Origin: Selaginella moellendorffii
Lineage: Eukaryota > Plantae > Lycopodiophyta
Direction of reading: 5' to 3'
DNA length: 64,000 bases
Assembly: GCF_000143415.4 (NCBI RefSeq)
Contig: NW_003314261.1
Location: 4,084,880-4,148,879, forward strand
The notes beneath the pieces were generated by a model that did not search any database, was not told the origin of the DNA, and saw only the letters and a program-made list of their open reading frames with translations. Shown piece by piece: positions 11,891-24,240 of this stretch; position 1 is the stretch's first letter; every line of letters begins with the position of its first letter. The position numbers and the translations under genes were made by a program.

Positions 11891-13427
11891 TCACTCCAAC
11901 TCTCTACAACAAACACGGAAGTTTTTAGCAAACGGCCATCTGGAATCTGGAAGATATATCAAACTTACCTGTTTCCTCTTGAATTCGGCAACAAAATCTC
12001 TCCCCGCACGATCATATAGTTCTTTTGCCACCTTCACGAAGACCACCTCGCCGGACTCAAGCTTCTTCCACGGTTTCCTCTCACTCGGGATCCTATCCAG
12101 CATTTTCTGAAGCCTCATCATCTTCCGCGCTCGCTTGATCCTCTCTCGGTCGCTGGATTTGCCGTTGAGCTCCTCGTAAAGCTGCTCGGTGAGTCTGATC
12201 AGAATCCGGAGCGCGCTAACACTCCAAGACTTTTCCTCGTCTTCCTCTTCCGTTTCCTCGTACTTTTCCTCTTCCAAGCTGCGGATCTTCTTCTCAGTTT
12301 TTCCCCTCTGGTTTAGCCACCGGTTTGCCTTGTGGAAAGCTTCGAGATATGCGAACTCAACATATCCCCCTCGGCCATCGCTAAGATGGGTTTCACTCCG
12401 CCGTCGGGTGCCGTCGGGAAGAATGTCCTCCGCTGAGGAAGAGAAGCGAACCATCTTTGGCCTGGAACCTGCAAGTCCAGAAGTCCATCGTGAGTCACAG
12501 TAGAAGAAGAATGCGAGAAGCAAAATGAACCATACCTGGAGGACGACCTGCGGCTGGCAGTAGAATTGGCTTGGGTCGCTGCTCCTCCTGCTTGGGCTTG
12601 TCATTCTCCTGCTGCTTCATCTGATCCCCTTCTCGTTCCAGCGGCTGCTTGATCGGCTTGATCGTCTGCTCCTCCTCTTGTTCCAACTGCTGCTTCATCG
12701 GCTTCATCCGCTGCTGCTCCTCCTGTTCCAGCTCTTGCTTCATCGGCTTGATTGGCTTGATCGGCTGATTCGGCTGACTCTTCTCCTCTCGTTCCAGCTG
12801 CGGCTGCTCCTTCTGACCTTGCTCCTGTTTCACCTCGCGCCTGAGTTCCTTCGTCTGATCGGCTTCTTTCTCCTCCGCGTTCAGCTTCTCTTGCTCCTCC
12901 TCGTTCAGCTGCTCAGCTCTCTTCTCTTGCTCCTCCTCCTTCAGCTGCTTCTCGTTTTCCTCCTCTTGTTCCAGCTTCATCGGCTTCATCTGATCGGCTT
13001 CTTTCTCCTCCTCGTTCACCTGCTCGACTTTCTTTTCTTGCTCCTCCTTCAGTTTCTTCTCTTGATTCTCCTTGTTGTCCTCCTCTTGTTCCAGCTTGAT
13101 CGGCTTCGTCGGCTTCATCGGATCCTCCTCCTTCAGCTGCTTGGCTTTCTTCTCTTGATTCTCCTCTTCGTCCTGGTGCTTGTCCTCCTCTTGTTCCAGC
13201 CTTATCGGCTTGATCGGCTCCTTGTGCCCTTGCTCCTGTCGTATTGCTTCTAAGACGATTTTCACCTCGCGCCTGAGTTCCTTCAACTTCAAGGCGGCCG
13301 CGTCCATGGCTTCTCCCGAGACTGCCTCAGCTTGGACCTTGTTGTCGCCCTTGTGCGCCTTTTTCGGTCGAAAGAGAGACCACAAACCTGTGACGCATCC
13401 ACAGCGCTCCTGCTCTGTTCGCGCCAT
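11891..13427 (-). CDS. Unknown ~490 aa protein: E/Q/K-rich repeat region plus orphan C-terminal domain, 2 exons
   Basis: Exon 1 13427-12536, 67-nt GT-AG intron 12535-12469 (phase 1, frame preserved), exon 2 12468-11891; repeats of KP(I/M)KLEQEE. Confidence 0.7.
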
Positions 13428-15339
13428 TGCTTGCCCTTTGCAAAATGCCTTTAATGCCCTAACCCTTACTAAATCTATTTCACATTAATGTATAAATTAG
13501 CAATTGCCCAGCGTTAGCAAACACTTCATAGTTCTTTAAAAATTAAGTTGGAATAGTATTAAAATAATTTGTTGTGTTTGAGGAAGTAACTAAAAACATG
13601 TAGAAAACTATCAGGCAATAGATACAACTATAGCTACAAAATCCCAATAGATTAAACATTATAAAATCAATTTCGTCCTACAATGCACTCTGGTGCTTAT
13701 GAATGCTGGATCTAGCCACAAAAAAGTTTGAAAGACAAAGGAAATCCAATTGATGGGATTTTAGTATCTAGGCTTGCAAAACCTAAATTGGAATCACTCA
13801 TTTCTGTATAGATCATTCAAGTGTGCAATCAACATTTCTGGGAGCTGGGCAGCACAAACACAAAAGATTGGGGGCAGGGCGTAAAAAGGGATGGTTTTCT
13901 AATTTCTCATCCCTGTTAAAAAGCTAGCATGACTTATTGTTGTTAGTTTATACTCAACATGGATAGCTAGTGTCAACTTGCTTGACATTTATTGTGAACT
14001 CAAAAATTCTTTTATATGTTATAGTTATAGTCTTGTTATGCCCAATTGAGAAGCATAGGTGTTAATATTGGCTGTGGCTCTACTTTTGTTGTGCTCCCAA
14101 CTAAAGCATACCAAATTTTTCTGAGATCTATTACATTAATTTTTATTCTTAATGACAGATTTCTCTACTAGTTGCTGCCTTGGCAACTATAATGCTCCAT
14201 GCCTTGCTTGCTAATTGTTTAGTGTGTGACATTTCCTATCACCTGTGTTGCTCCTGTTGAAGGTTTTAGCATCACCTCTAGAATCTTTTATAAGAGGTCA
14301 AAAAAGAATTAGAGAATCCATTAAGAAATAAGATCATCAATCTTGAGAACAAGACTGATTGCACTACAGGTGGCAAGGGTCGTTGCTAACAGCACCAACT
14401 TATAGGGTTGCTCAAGTTGGCAAGCAAATGGTCAGTCCTTAGGCCCAAGTGCTGGAAGGGGTCCACCATGTAGTGTACTAGAAGTGGGCACTCCAAAAAT
14501 GAGGAGATGGAAGTCCTTGGTCAGAGCTTACCCTATCCCACGTGCTTAAGTGTGAAAAGAGGCCACTGAAGTAGTATATAATCCAGGTGAATGTTATATT
14601 TCATGGGGGTTTTATTTTGTGGAAGTTATATTGTTATGTAAGCTTTGTAATATCTGATCTATGGAAGTTAATAATTCTATTCTCACTTGAGGGGGCAGCC
14701 CTTTAGAAAGAAAGTGATCCCTTGTGGGGAAGTGGTAACATAGGTAGATGATATTATTCACTTTAAGGTGTTATAGAGGGGGCAGCCCCTCATAAGGAGA
14801 TCCCTTTATAACAACTAAAGTAGTAAAAGAGCAAGTGCTCAAAGCTAACCTTAACCTTTCTACCAAGTTTACTGCAGTAGGAGATGGTGGTGCTTTGTGG
14901 TGTTTAATTTATTGTGAATAAACCTTGTTTTATGTATAAAGTTATTCCTATTAAAGATAATTGCAATTGAATTTTTAAGTGAAAAAATTTAGTTATGAGA
15001 TCAGATACCACATTTATTGCAATAAATTTCATAGGAAGGCCAGGGTTGACCTTTGGCACTCATTCTTCAGCTGCTTTAGATACTATATATAACTCATAAG
15101 TGGCTAGCTCTATGAGATGCTCGCTTGTCTACTAGTGTATTGGATCAATTCACAACAAGTAGCTATTTCTCAATGGATTATCTAAGCCAAGAAAGAAGAT
15201 TGATGATGGTAAAGAACATTCTACATAAACCACAGTGGTCCCTTTAATCTTAAATTTGCCCATTGGATTGTAGCATTAATTAATAAGATCTATTAGTGGT
15301 TAAGATTTGTCAATTAACCACAAAATATTCAAAGAGCAT

Positions 15340-15804
15340 TATAAGAAATTAAAAAGATTGGTTTGAGTGATAGTCATTTGGAGTTCAAATATAGAGGGAT
15401 AGTGAAAAATGCACTTTTTTCTAAATGGTTAAAGGTTTTAAATAGGGTTTGAGTAGTATTAAAAGGAAATTACATTATCAAGTCTAACTCTATTAGTTGG
15501 ATAGACGACACATTATATATTGAAATTGATATCTAATAATTCAATTTCCTCTTATTAGGGATAGGGTAAAGAGAGTAAAGCTTTTGGGAGAGTTGTAGTT
15601 TTTAGCTTCATTTTATGAGGGTGTGCACTTGTAGGAAAGTGTAGTAGATTGTAAGCAAACAAAAACAAATGATTTAAGAGATATTGGGATTTAAATATAA
15701 AAGAAAAGAGCTCACAAATAAAAATGTACCCTTTTTTCCAATCAATTAAAGGTCTTAGATACATGGGTTTGAATAATACTAAAAGTAGTACTAAAGAGCT
15801 TATA
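15340..15804 (+). mobile_element. Two decayed copies of the ~190 bp Cassandra-like LTR (about 15340-15490 and 15650-15804)
   Basis: tgtaagcaa...ttcaaatatagaggg...aaaaatgcac...gggtttga.tagta blocks shared with 25867-26060; 5S part largely deleted. Confidence 0.65.
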
Positions 15805-15971
15805 AGTCAATGGGCATTGCCACAATAGCTATAAACCTTGCTTATATTCAAATTTTATTTTAGTTGTTTGATAGATCTTTAAAATAATTTGGTATTTTAA
15901 TATTATTTCTTTTATGTGATAAATGATGATTATTGAAGCAATATATAACTTCCTCAAACACTTGTGTAACT

Positions 15972-16179
15972 TGTATCAACCAAAAACCTAGGCTCAGAAG
16001 ATTCCGACCTTGAACCCAAGACTGCATCAGAGCCATAGATTAGATCATGCATAGCATATAACATATGCTGGCAGTTAGAACTACCAGCCTTTCAAAGGGG
16101 GGAATCCAAATCCCTTTTCCCTTTTTTTTTTCTTACTAAAAAAAGATTTCTAGCGAAGAGGAGTATCCACACCTCTTCA
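15972..16179 (+). repeat. 5' LTR (208 bp, internally deleted relative to the 3' LTR)
   Basis: Matches 23948-24240 at both ends and is 85 bp shorter. Confidence 0.95.
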
Positions 16180-16181
16180 TT

Positions 16182-16191
16182 TGGCGACCAC
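16182..16191 (+). promoter_or_regulatory. Primer binding site, probably tRNA-Arg
   Basis: TGGCGACCAC 2 nt after the LTR, complementary to a tRNA ending GUGGUCGCCA. The tRNA identity is from memory. Confidence 0.7.
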
Positions 16192-19100
16192 GGCCTCTGA
16201 ACTCCCCTTCAGGTTCACAAATTCTTCCATTCTTTCTCCATTCTTTGTGTAAATAGCAAGAATGATTCAGAAATCTACCCAACTCGCCAAAATTTGCACA
16301 CATTTCACAACCCAATGCCACCACCAACATGGATCAATGGCGTCCAAGCAGTTGCCACCCAATGCAGTAGAGGCAGATGCTTCCCAGAGGAAATCTTTGA
16401 AGAATTTGAAAGCTCTCTCTCAACATCTTCGAGTCCAATCACTGACGAAGAACACCAACAACCCTCTTTGACAAGAAACTCCAATTGACCAGCACCTTCA
16501 TCAGCGGATGCCCTCAGCCACTTCATTGGCGAACTCCATCTCCAAGCACAAGACCACACACTCCAAGCTCTAGAACTCAACCAATACACTCGACACGAAC
16601 TAACACCACTGCCAAAATGAACCCCTCTTCCACGCAATCATCGACCAGGCAATCCTAGTGCTCTGACACGATTCCAGTTCCCACGCCCACTCCAAATACC
16701 GAAGCACATCCTCAAAACCTACACCAACAACAAACCCATCACACTGTTACCTGGTATCGAAGAACTTGTTGAGGGACTTCACAACACACCACCAATTTTT
16801 TGACAACCTCTGACAGAGTTAGCAGCTCAGCACCGAAACAATAGTCCAAACTCGGTTTGAAGTTAACACGTTTGCCACAACAACTCTCACCAATCACGCC
16901 ATCACCCAAACCGGACTTGAACAACTCGACGATATTATCGAAAAAATCATTCCTTACAAACCCGAGTATCCCAAACTCTTCATCGAACTCCATCTTGGCA
17001 CTAGCAAGTGGAAGACCAGTCTGCATACTGTGCCAGCCAACTCAACCCAACACAACTTGACTAACCACCACCCGACACAACCCAACCCAACATGGACCAC
17101 CGTTGACAAAGAACAAGCTCAAGAAACAAGTCAACTAGATCTGTCATCACCGGATTCCTGACGACTTTATCGACAATCAACCTGCCAATAGTCTTCTTGA
17201 AGTTCTGCCAGAACTGCATGATCGACTGTAGACGCAAATCTGAAACTGACAACAAGTAGAAGAATGCATGTATCCAAAACCAAGAAGAACATCCAGCAAG
17301 TCGGAAGAAGACCAACAATGGCTTATCCAACATTTAGATAGAGATTTGAAGAATTTAGAAACAAAGAGAAAGAAAGACCAAGATAAGTTGAATCAAGTTA
17401 TTAGAACCTCCAAGAGAGAGAATTACATCCGACACGAATTGTTACCGCAAGCTAACTCCGACGAACCAGTCTCGGACATCCACAAAGAATACGACGACTA
17501 CACAACACCATCGGACACACCACCGGCAGCACCCTCAATGGCACCCACTGAAGTGCTCGACCTGAACCAACACCCTTGACGGCACCCACCGAAGTGCCCG
17601 AGCCCGACTGAACATTTGAGCAGTTGACACAAACTACGCCCGAGCAACAAAACATTTTTCAAGCAACATACAACCACTTCAAAGGTACATTCACCAACCC
17701 CATCTATGGTGACGATGAACGACCAAGTTTCCTGCCCAGCTTCACAGACTTCACCAGATCGACACCATTTTCGCTATACCGACCGATCTTCACAACACCA
17801 ATATATCCCACATTTGCGTCTAACATCTATTGAAGCCCGCTATCAGCAAGACCTTTCGAACACGCTTTCGACTTCAATGTGCCAATAAGACAACAACTTG
17901 TTTGACAATTTAGAAGAACAACCACAACCAATACAACATAACTCTAACAAGTACATCCACAACAAGTTCAAGCAGCATCTTCCAGAGATCAACACCGGCA
18001 AGCAGCCCGATGCTGACGACAGACCCGAAAACAGTCCCAACACAAAAGACAAAACAGAGGAGAGTAAACTAAACAACAGCAACAATTCCCCAGCTTCCTC
18101 CTACACTGACTTTGCTGTCGACCCCAACAACCCTTGCTACAAATCACCTTCGGACTCCATGGTGAGAACCCGACAAAACAACCTCGACAATACCGACATC
18201 ACTACCAACAGCAAATGGCAGTCACTACCGCCGTCGCTAATATACCTATCGAAAGACACGTCTCCTATCCACTATTTCATGGTCTGAAGTCAGAAGATGC
18301 TGAGAAACATGTCAAACAGTTCCAAGAAGCAATCCGCATCAACGGCCAGACAACTGAACTCCCATACTACTTTCGATGTACCCTTCAAAAGAGAGCCAAC
18401 GAATGGGCTCAAATGCTTCCTCAAAATATAAGTTTTGACAACCTTGCACTCAAGCTTGTTGACCGATTCAAGTCTTCCCTCACTCAAAGTCAACAACTTC
18501 ACAAGATCCAAAAACGCAAGTAGAAGTCCGGTCAATCCATTGATGACTACACTCAAACCTTCACTCGACATGCCAGCAAATGCAGAAACAGTGCCACTGA
18601 AACCTTACTTTACCAATGGTACATGCAAGGCCTCTGACGAACCCTCTGAGAAGCGGCAACACACATCAACGTCACCACTTACCTCAAACTAGCAAGAGCC
18701 CTTCAAGATGTTCAAGCTTGATGAATGACAGCACAAGTCGATGACACGGATAACTCAAATTCTGACAGCAGTTCCAACAACGACTCCAACAATGAACTCG
18801 GAGAGAGCACCAAGTCAAAACTTCGGAAACTCAGGAAAACAATCAACAAGCTCAAGGGAAAAGCCAAGGCTGACATCAAAGAATTTTGATCTGGAATCTG
18901 GTGTACTAAGTGCAAGAGTGAAGGACATCTGGCAAGTGATTGCAAGCTCCAAATCTCCAAATGCCAGATCTGTGCCAAAGAAGGTCATGACGCTAAGACT
19001 TGCAGATTTCAAAATTCTCTAGAAGTTTGACAAGTCTCAAACTATCCCCGACAACAGTTTTGATAACCATATCCAAATCAATACTTCGACAACTAAACCG

Positions 19101-20781
19101 GCACCACCTCCGACAAACTGAAGACCGCCGAGAAACAACTTCCAACAAAAAAGTTGACAATGGAATGATCAACCTCGCTACAACAACTACAACAATTACA
19201 ACAATGACTACAATAACAACTACAATGATTGACAATACCTGCAGAACTGGAACTACCCGGCAAACTGAGACAACTACAACCAAGGATACCAACAATACCC
19301 AAGATACTAGAACGGAAGATACCAAGGCCAAAGTTATCAAGACCAGGGCTACCAAAGCAACTACAACAACCAGCCATGGCTACCTCGACTTCAAAACCAA
19401 AGCGGTTTGCCAAGACTTGGTCCACTGCCTCCTTGACAACAAGATCAGAACTAGCAGCGACCACCAACAACAAGGATGGTCTAGACTGACGAACTACTTT
19501 ATGCCGACAATGATGACTCTGATCCTCAAGTCATGGCAGTACAAACCCAAGCACAAATTCGAGTAGAAAAACAACAACAACTGAACAGCGATTCTGGAGA
19601 TCATGAAGAGAAGGGCTTAGAGAGCCCGACAAAACTCTGGGAATGGAAAAAGAAGCAAAATTTAGCTGCCAAGATACAATGGCAACTTGCTCTACAACCA
19701 CCCAAGTTAGTGATTTTAGACTCCGACAATGAAGCTCAACCATCACTAGCTCAACAACAATGCCAAGACTCAATACCAGAAAATTGACAGACAAATCGTC
19801 CGACATTGACATTGACACCAGAACACAATCCAACAAACTTCAAGGAAATCCAAGAAGTAGCAGAGACTATCCTCAACCAAAATATTCAGATCACCATCAG
19901 CCAACTACTGAAGATTGCACCCTACCTCACCAAACAGCTCACTGATTTGACATTTGCACCGACCAACACTCTGATAGACTCGCCCAAACTCAACCTGACA
20001 CGGACAGCTGTCGACACATTTTGAACCGAGATTCAACCAAGCGATTGTAACAATGATGTTCCGACAATCGACCTATGACTTGACAAACACCTTGTTCACA
20101 GAGCCATAATTGACAGCGGCTCTAGCGTTAATATTATTGAAGAAGGTCTTGTTCAACAACTCAACATTGGCCCAATCCACCCAGCACCTTTCAATGTCCG
20201 AATGGCCGACCACCAATCTGTTCAACCCAAAGGCATCATCCGAAAAGTCAACCCCACCATTCAAGGCGTCGAAATACCAGTCAACTATGTCATCCTCAAA
20301 CTACCAGAGCTGACCAATGGATACTCAATTTTCCTCGGTTGACCTTGGCTCCGAACTGCCTAAGTTTATCAAGATTGGCCCAATGACAATCTTATCCTTC
20401 GCAGACCAAACAGACCGACAACTGTGTCTACAAAAGCGACTAAATCGCTGTCCAGCCACAACCGACCTATTGACTTGGAAGAATATAATCTCGAAGATGG
20501 CCTCAACGACTATGAAGAACAACAAATTCTCAAAGCCTACCCCGATCTCGAACCTTTGGCCGAGATCGACCTCTTCCGAATTGTCACCGACTTCCAATGA
20601 GAACGACCCCCAATTACATCAGCACTGAAAAATCCAGTCACTTGAGATACAAAACTCGAAGCGCCACTAGCATTCACAGTTGACAACCACAACAAAGTTG
20701 CCTACATTCCGTCAATTCCAGCCGACCAAAAACTCAAAAAAGTCAGCCTTGCTGATGATGGCAACGAACACTACATTGTAC

Positions 20782-20963
20782 NNNNNNNNNNNNNNNNNNN
20801 NNNNNNNNNNNNNNNNNNNNNNNNNNNNNNNNNNNNNNNNNNNNNNNNNNNNNNNNNNNNNNNNNNNNNNNNNNNNNNNNNNNNNNNNNNNNNNNNNNNN
20901 NNNNNNNNNNNNNNNNNNNNNNNNNNNNNNNNNNNNNNNNNNNNNNNNNNNNNNNNNNNNNNN
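20782..20963. other. Assembly gap (further gaps at 38248-38522 and 42437-42536)
   Basis: Runs of N. Confidence 1.
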
Positions 20964-23947
20964 AATCTGATGGAACAAGTAAAGAAAGAACTCAACAAGC
21001 TTCTCCAAGTCAAGTACATCTACCCGATTCAGAATCCGATATGGCTTTCCCCACTGGTGGTTGTGCCGAAGAAAACAGCAAACTTCAAATCTACGTCAAC
21101 TATAAACAGCTCAACGACACCACTAAAAAAGATGTCTTCCTGATACCATTTACCGACGAAGTTCTTGATGCAGTTGCCGGACACGAGATGTACTCCTTCC
21201 TTGATAGTTTCTCCGGCTATAACCAAATTCACATCGCCAAAGAAGATCAGCACAAGACAGCATTCATCAGTCAATGGGGAGCCTATGCTTACTGATGTAT
21301 GCCTTTCAGACTCTGCAGCGTCCCATTCACCTTCCAAAGGCTTGTCACCAATACTTTCCAAGACTACCTCACTGATTTCATGAGAGTCCTCATGGATGAC
21401 TTTAGTGTTTTCAGCTCCAAAGATCAACATCTTGAATGCTTCGAGAAATCCCTCGACAAGTGTGAGGAGAACAACATAGCACTCAACCTCGACAAATGCA
21501 CTTTCTTCGTCAAATCTGGAGTACTTCTCGGCCACGTTGTCTGCAAAGATGGCATTCTCATCGATAAGGACAAAGTCGATGTCATCTCCAAACTTGAACC
21601 ACCAAAGAATCAGAAAGAACTTCGGTGCTTCCTCGGCAAAGTCGGATATCACCGATGCTTCATCCACAAGTATGCTCGAGTCGGAGAGTGTCAAATGCTT
21701 GTTGCTGTTTGAACGTCCATGTCCATTGGGCATCATACTTCAGTCCATCGGTGAGTGGTTTGGTGATGTAAACTCACAACAGCACCAATCCTTGCTAAGC
21801 CTGACTGGACACAAGAGTTCCACATTCATGTCGACACATCCACCACTTGCGCAATTCTCAGCCAAACTCAACATGACAACCGAGATCAACTGATCTACTA
21901 TGCCAGCCGACTACTCAACCCAGCTGAACGAAATTACACCACCACCAAGAAAGAAGCTCTCAGCATGATCTACTCTCTTCAAAAGTTTCGACACTACATA
22001 TTGTCAACCAAAATCGTCCTTTTCATCGACCATAAGGCACTCCTTTACCTCATCAACAAGCTGATACTATCTGGTCAAATATCAAGATGGTTCCTTTTAC
22101 TACAAGAATACAACTTTGAGATCATCCACAAACGGCAAAAATCATGAGCAAGTAGACTATCTCAGCCGGATCACCATTGGCGACAAACCTAAAAGACTCT
22201 CTGACAACTTACCCGACTCAAACCTATTCCGAGTTTCAATACTGGCAACCTGGCTTGATGATGTCTTCAGTACACCATGCCAGACCAAAAGAAGACTTTT
22301 ATCACTAAAACCCACCGATACTCAATCATTGGAGGCACTCTCTACAAACTCGGCATTGACAACATTCTTCACTGATGCATCAAGCCACCAAGAACAACTC
22401 AAATCATCAAGGAAACTCATGATGGACCTTCTAGTGGACACTTCACTGCCGACACCACAACTCGGAAGATTCTTCAAGCTGGCCTCTAGTGACTGACACT
22501 CTGGCACAACATTGAAGAATTCTGCAAATGCTGCGACACATGTCAACGACACCAATTACCGCTGAAAACTCAGACTCAACAACTCAACCCAACATTACTG
22601 ATGGCACCATTTCAGAAATGCAGACTCGACTTCGTTGGACCCCAAGTCAACACTTGTCGACGAAATCAGTACATCATCATCGCCACCGATTACACTACCA
22701 AGTGGGCCGAAGCAATACCTCTCCGACATGCCACAGTGAAAGCAACAGCAACCTTCATCTACAAAAATATCATCACTCATTTCGGCACACCACTTGAACT
22801 TGTCACTGACAAAGGCACCCACTTCATCAACAAAATGATCGAACATCTCACCAATGAGTTCAAAATCCAACACAAAACATTGACACCATACTATCCTCAA
22901 GGCAACGGTCAAGCAGAAGCAACGAACAAAACATTGAAGACCATCCTCAAAAAAGTCATCAACAATTCCAGCAAACAGTGGGATGACAAACTTCTCGACG
23001 TACTTTGGGCCTATCGAACTGCGTATAAAGTCACCACCAACATGATGCCATTCAAACTTCCCTTCAGAACAGAAGCCATCACGCCAATCGAATTTATTGT
23101 CCCGAGCATGCGAGTTACCGCAAGTATAATCTCGACACACGACACGCAATTCGAGAAAGGCTTCAGCAACTTGAATGTCTCGACGAACTTCAACTCAACG
23201 CCCTCTGGACACTTCACACCATCCAAAAACAGAGAAAAGCTCAGCACAATCGACAAGAATCCCGGCACAACATTCCGAAATACAGCGTCGACGATCATGT
23301 TCTCTGGTACCAAGGACCCATCGGCAAACTTGGCCAAAAACTCCACACCAACTGGCAAGGGCCTTTCAAAATCATTACACTCTACCCCAATGGCACTGCC
23401 AAAGTCAGCACACTCGCTGAAAACTTCATTAAGATCGTCAACCTCAACAAGCTTTGACCATATCACGTAGACATATTCAGCATTAGCACCTCAGCAAATT
23501 TCTGACCCAAACTGACAAACACCCTGAAACCAACAATCAACAATCACCCCGACAGACAAAATTTAACTCAACTCAATTTGACACAACTCAACTCGACTCA
23601 ATATGAACTCATCCACCAACTTCAGCAATAAACAATAGCAAAAATCTCTAAATCCCAAGCTACCGTTGGATCAATGCCACCTCAGCAGATCTCAACAGTT
23701 AAACTTGAGTTAACTTCATCACCAATCTCCACCATTGATCTTCCATTAAGACAAGTCAAATGAGATCAATAGGTAGTCGAGCTCCAGGAAGATGGGACAG
23801 ATCCACTAGACAGTGTCCCCAACCACGAGCTTACACCCCAAGAGTAGAAGTGTCACCTTTATCGACTTGAGCAGCAACAATAACAAACAATGGAGACTGA
23901 CTACGTTCACACCAAGGACGGTGCCTAGTTTTGTTAGGGGAGCAAAG

Positions 23948-24240
23948 TGTATCAACCAAAAACCCAAGCTCAAGGGACTCCGACCTTGAACCCAAGGCTG
24001 CATCAGAGCCATAGATTAGATCATGCATAGCATATAGCATATGCTGGTAGTTAGAACCACCAACCTTTCAAAGGGGGGAATCTGAATTATGGATCCCCAT
24101 CTCCATTCATCATTTTTTTATCAATTCATAACATTCTTTTACTCATTTTTCTTCTTAGCTCTTGGAGATTAAGGCTTTTTCTCTTTTGTTTTCTTACTAA
24201 CAATAGATTTCCAGCGAAGAGGAGTATTCACACCTCTTCA
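23948..24240 (+). repeat. 3' LTR (293 bp)
   Basis: Preceded by PPT, followed by TSD TAACT. Confidence 0.95.

Larger units (their letters stand above)
15972..24240 (+). mobile_element. Full-length, inactivated Ty3/gypsy LTR retrotransposon (non-chromovirus type)
   Basis: LTRs 15972-16179 and 23948-24240 (TG...CA); perfect TSD TAACT; PBS tggcgaccac; PPT ttaggggagcaaag. Gag with two CCHC knuckles (~18900-19005), PR IIDSGSS (~20107), RT (FLDSFSGYNQI, LMDDF), RNase H, integrase (LDFVGP, TDKGTHF, GQAEATN, WQGPF). Many stops and frameshifts. Confidence 0.97.

Noticed and set aside
12678-13253. 191-aa Leu-rich ORF resembling a membrane protein
   Set aside because: Antisense shadow of the E/Q/K repeat exon.
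14769-14813. 45-bp unit with 12-bp inverted ends, and an LTR-like stretch at 14360-14740
   Set aside because: No TSD and no second full copy in the window, so boundaries cannot be supported.
19000-19566. Thr-rich 188-aa ORF
   Set aside because: Off-frame reading of the (AAC/TAC)-rich Gag tract; the real frame is stop-interrupted.
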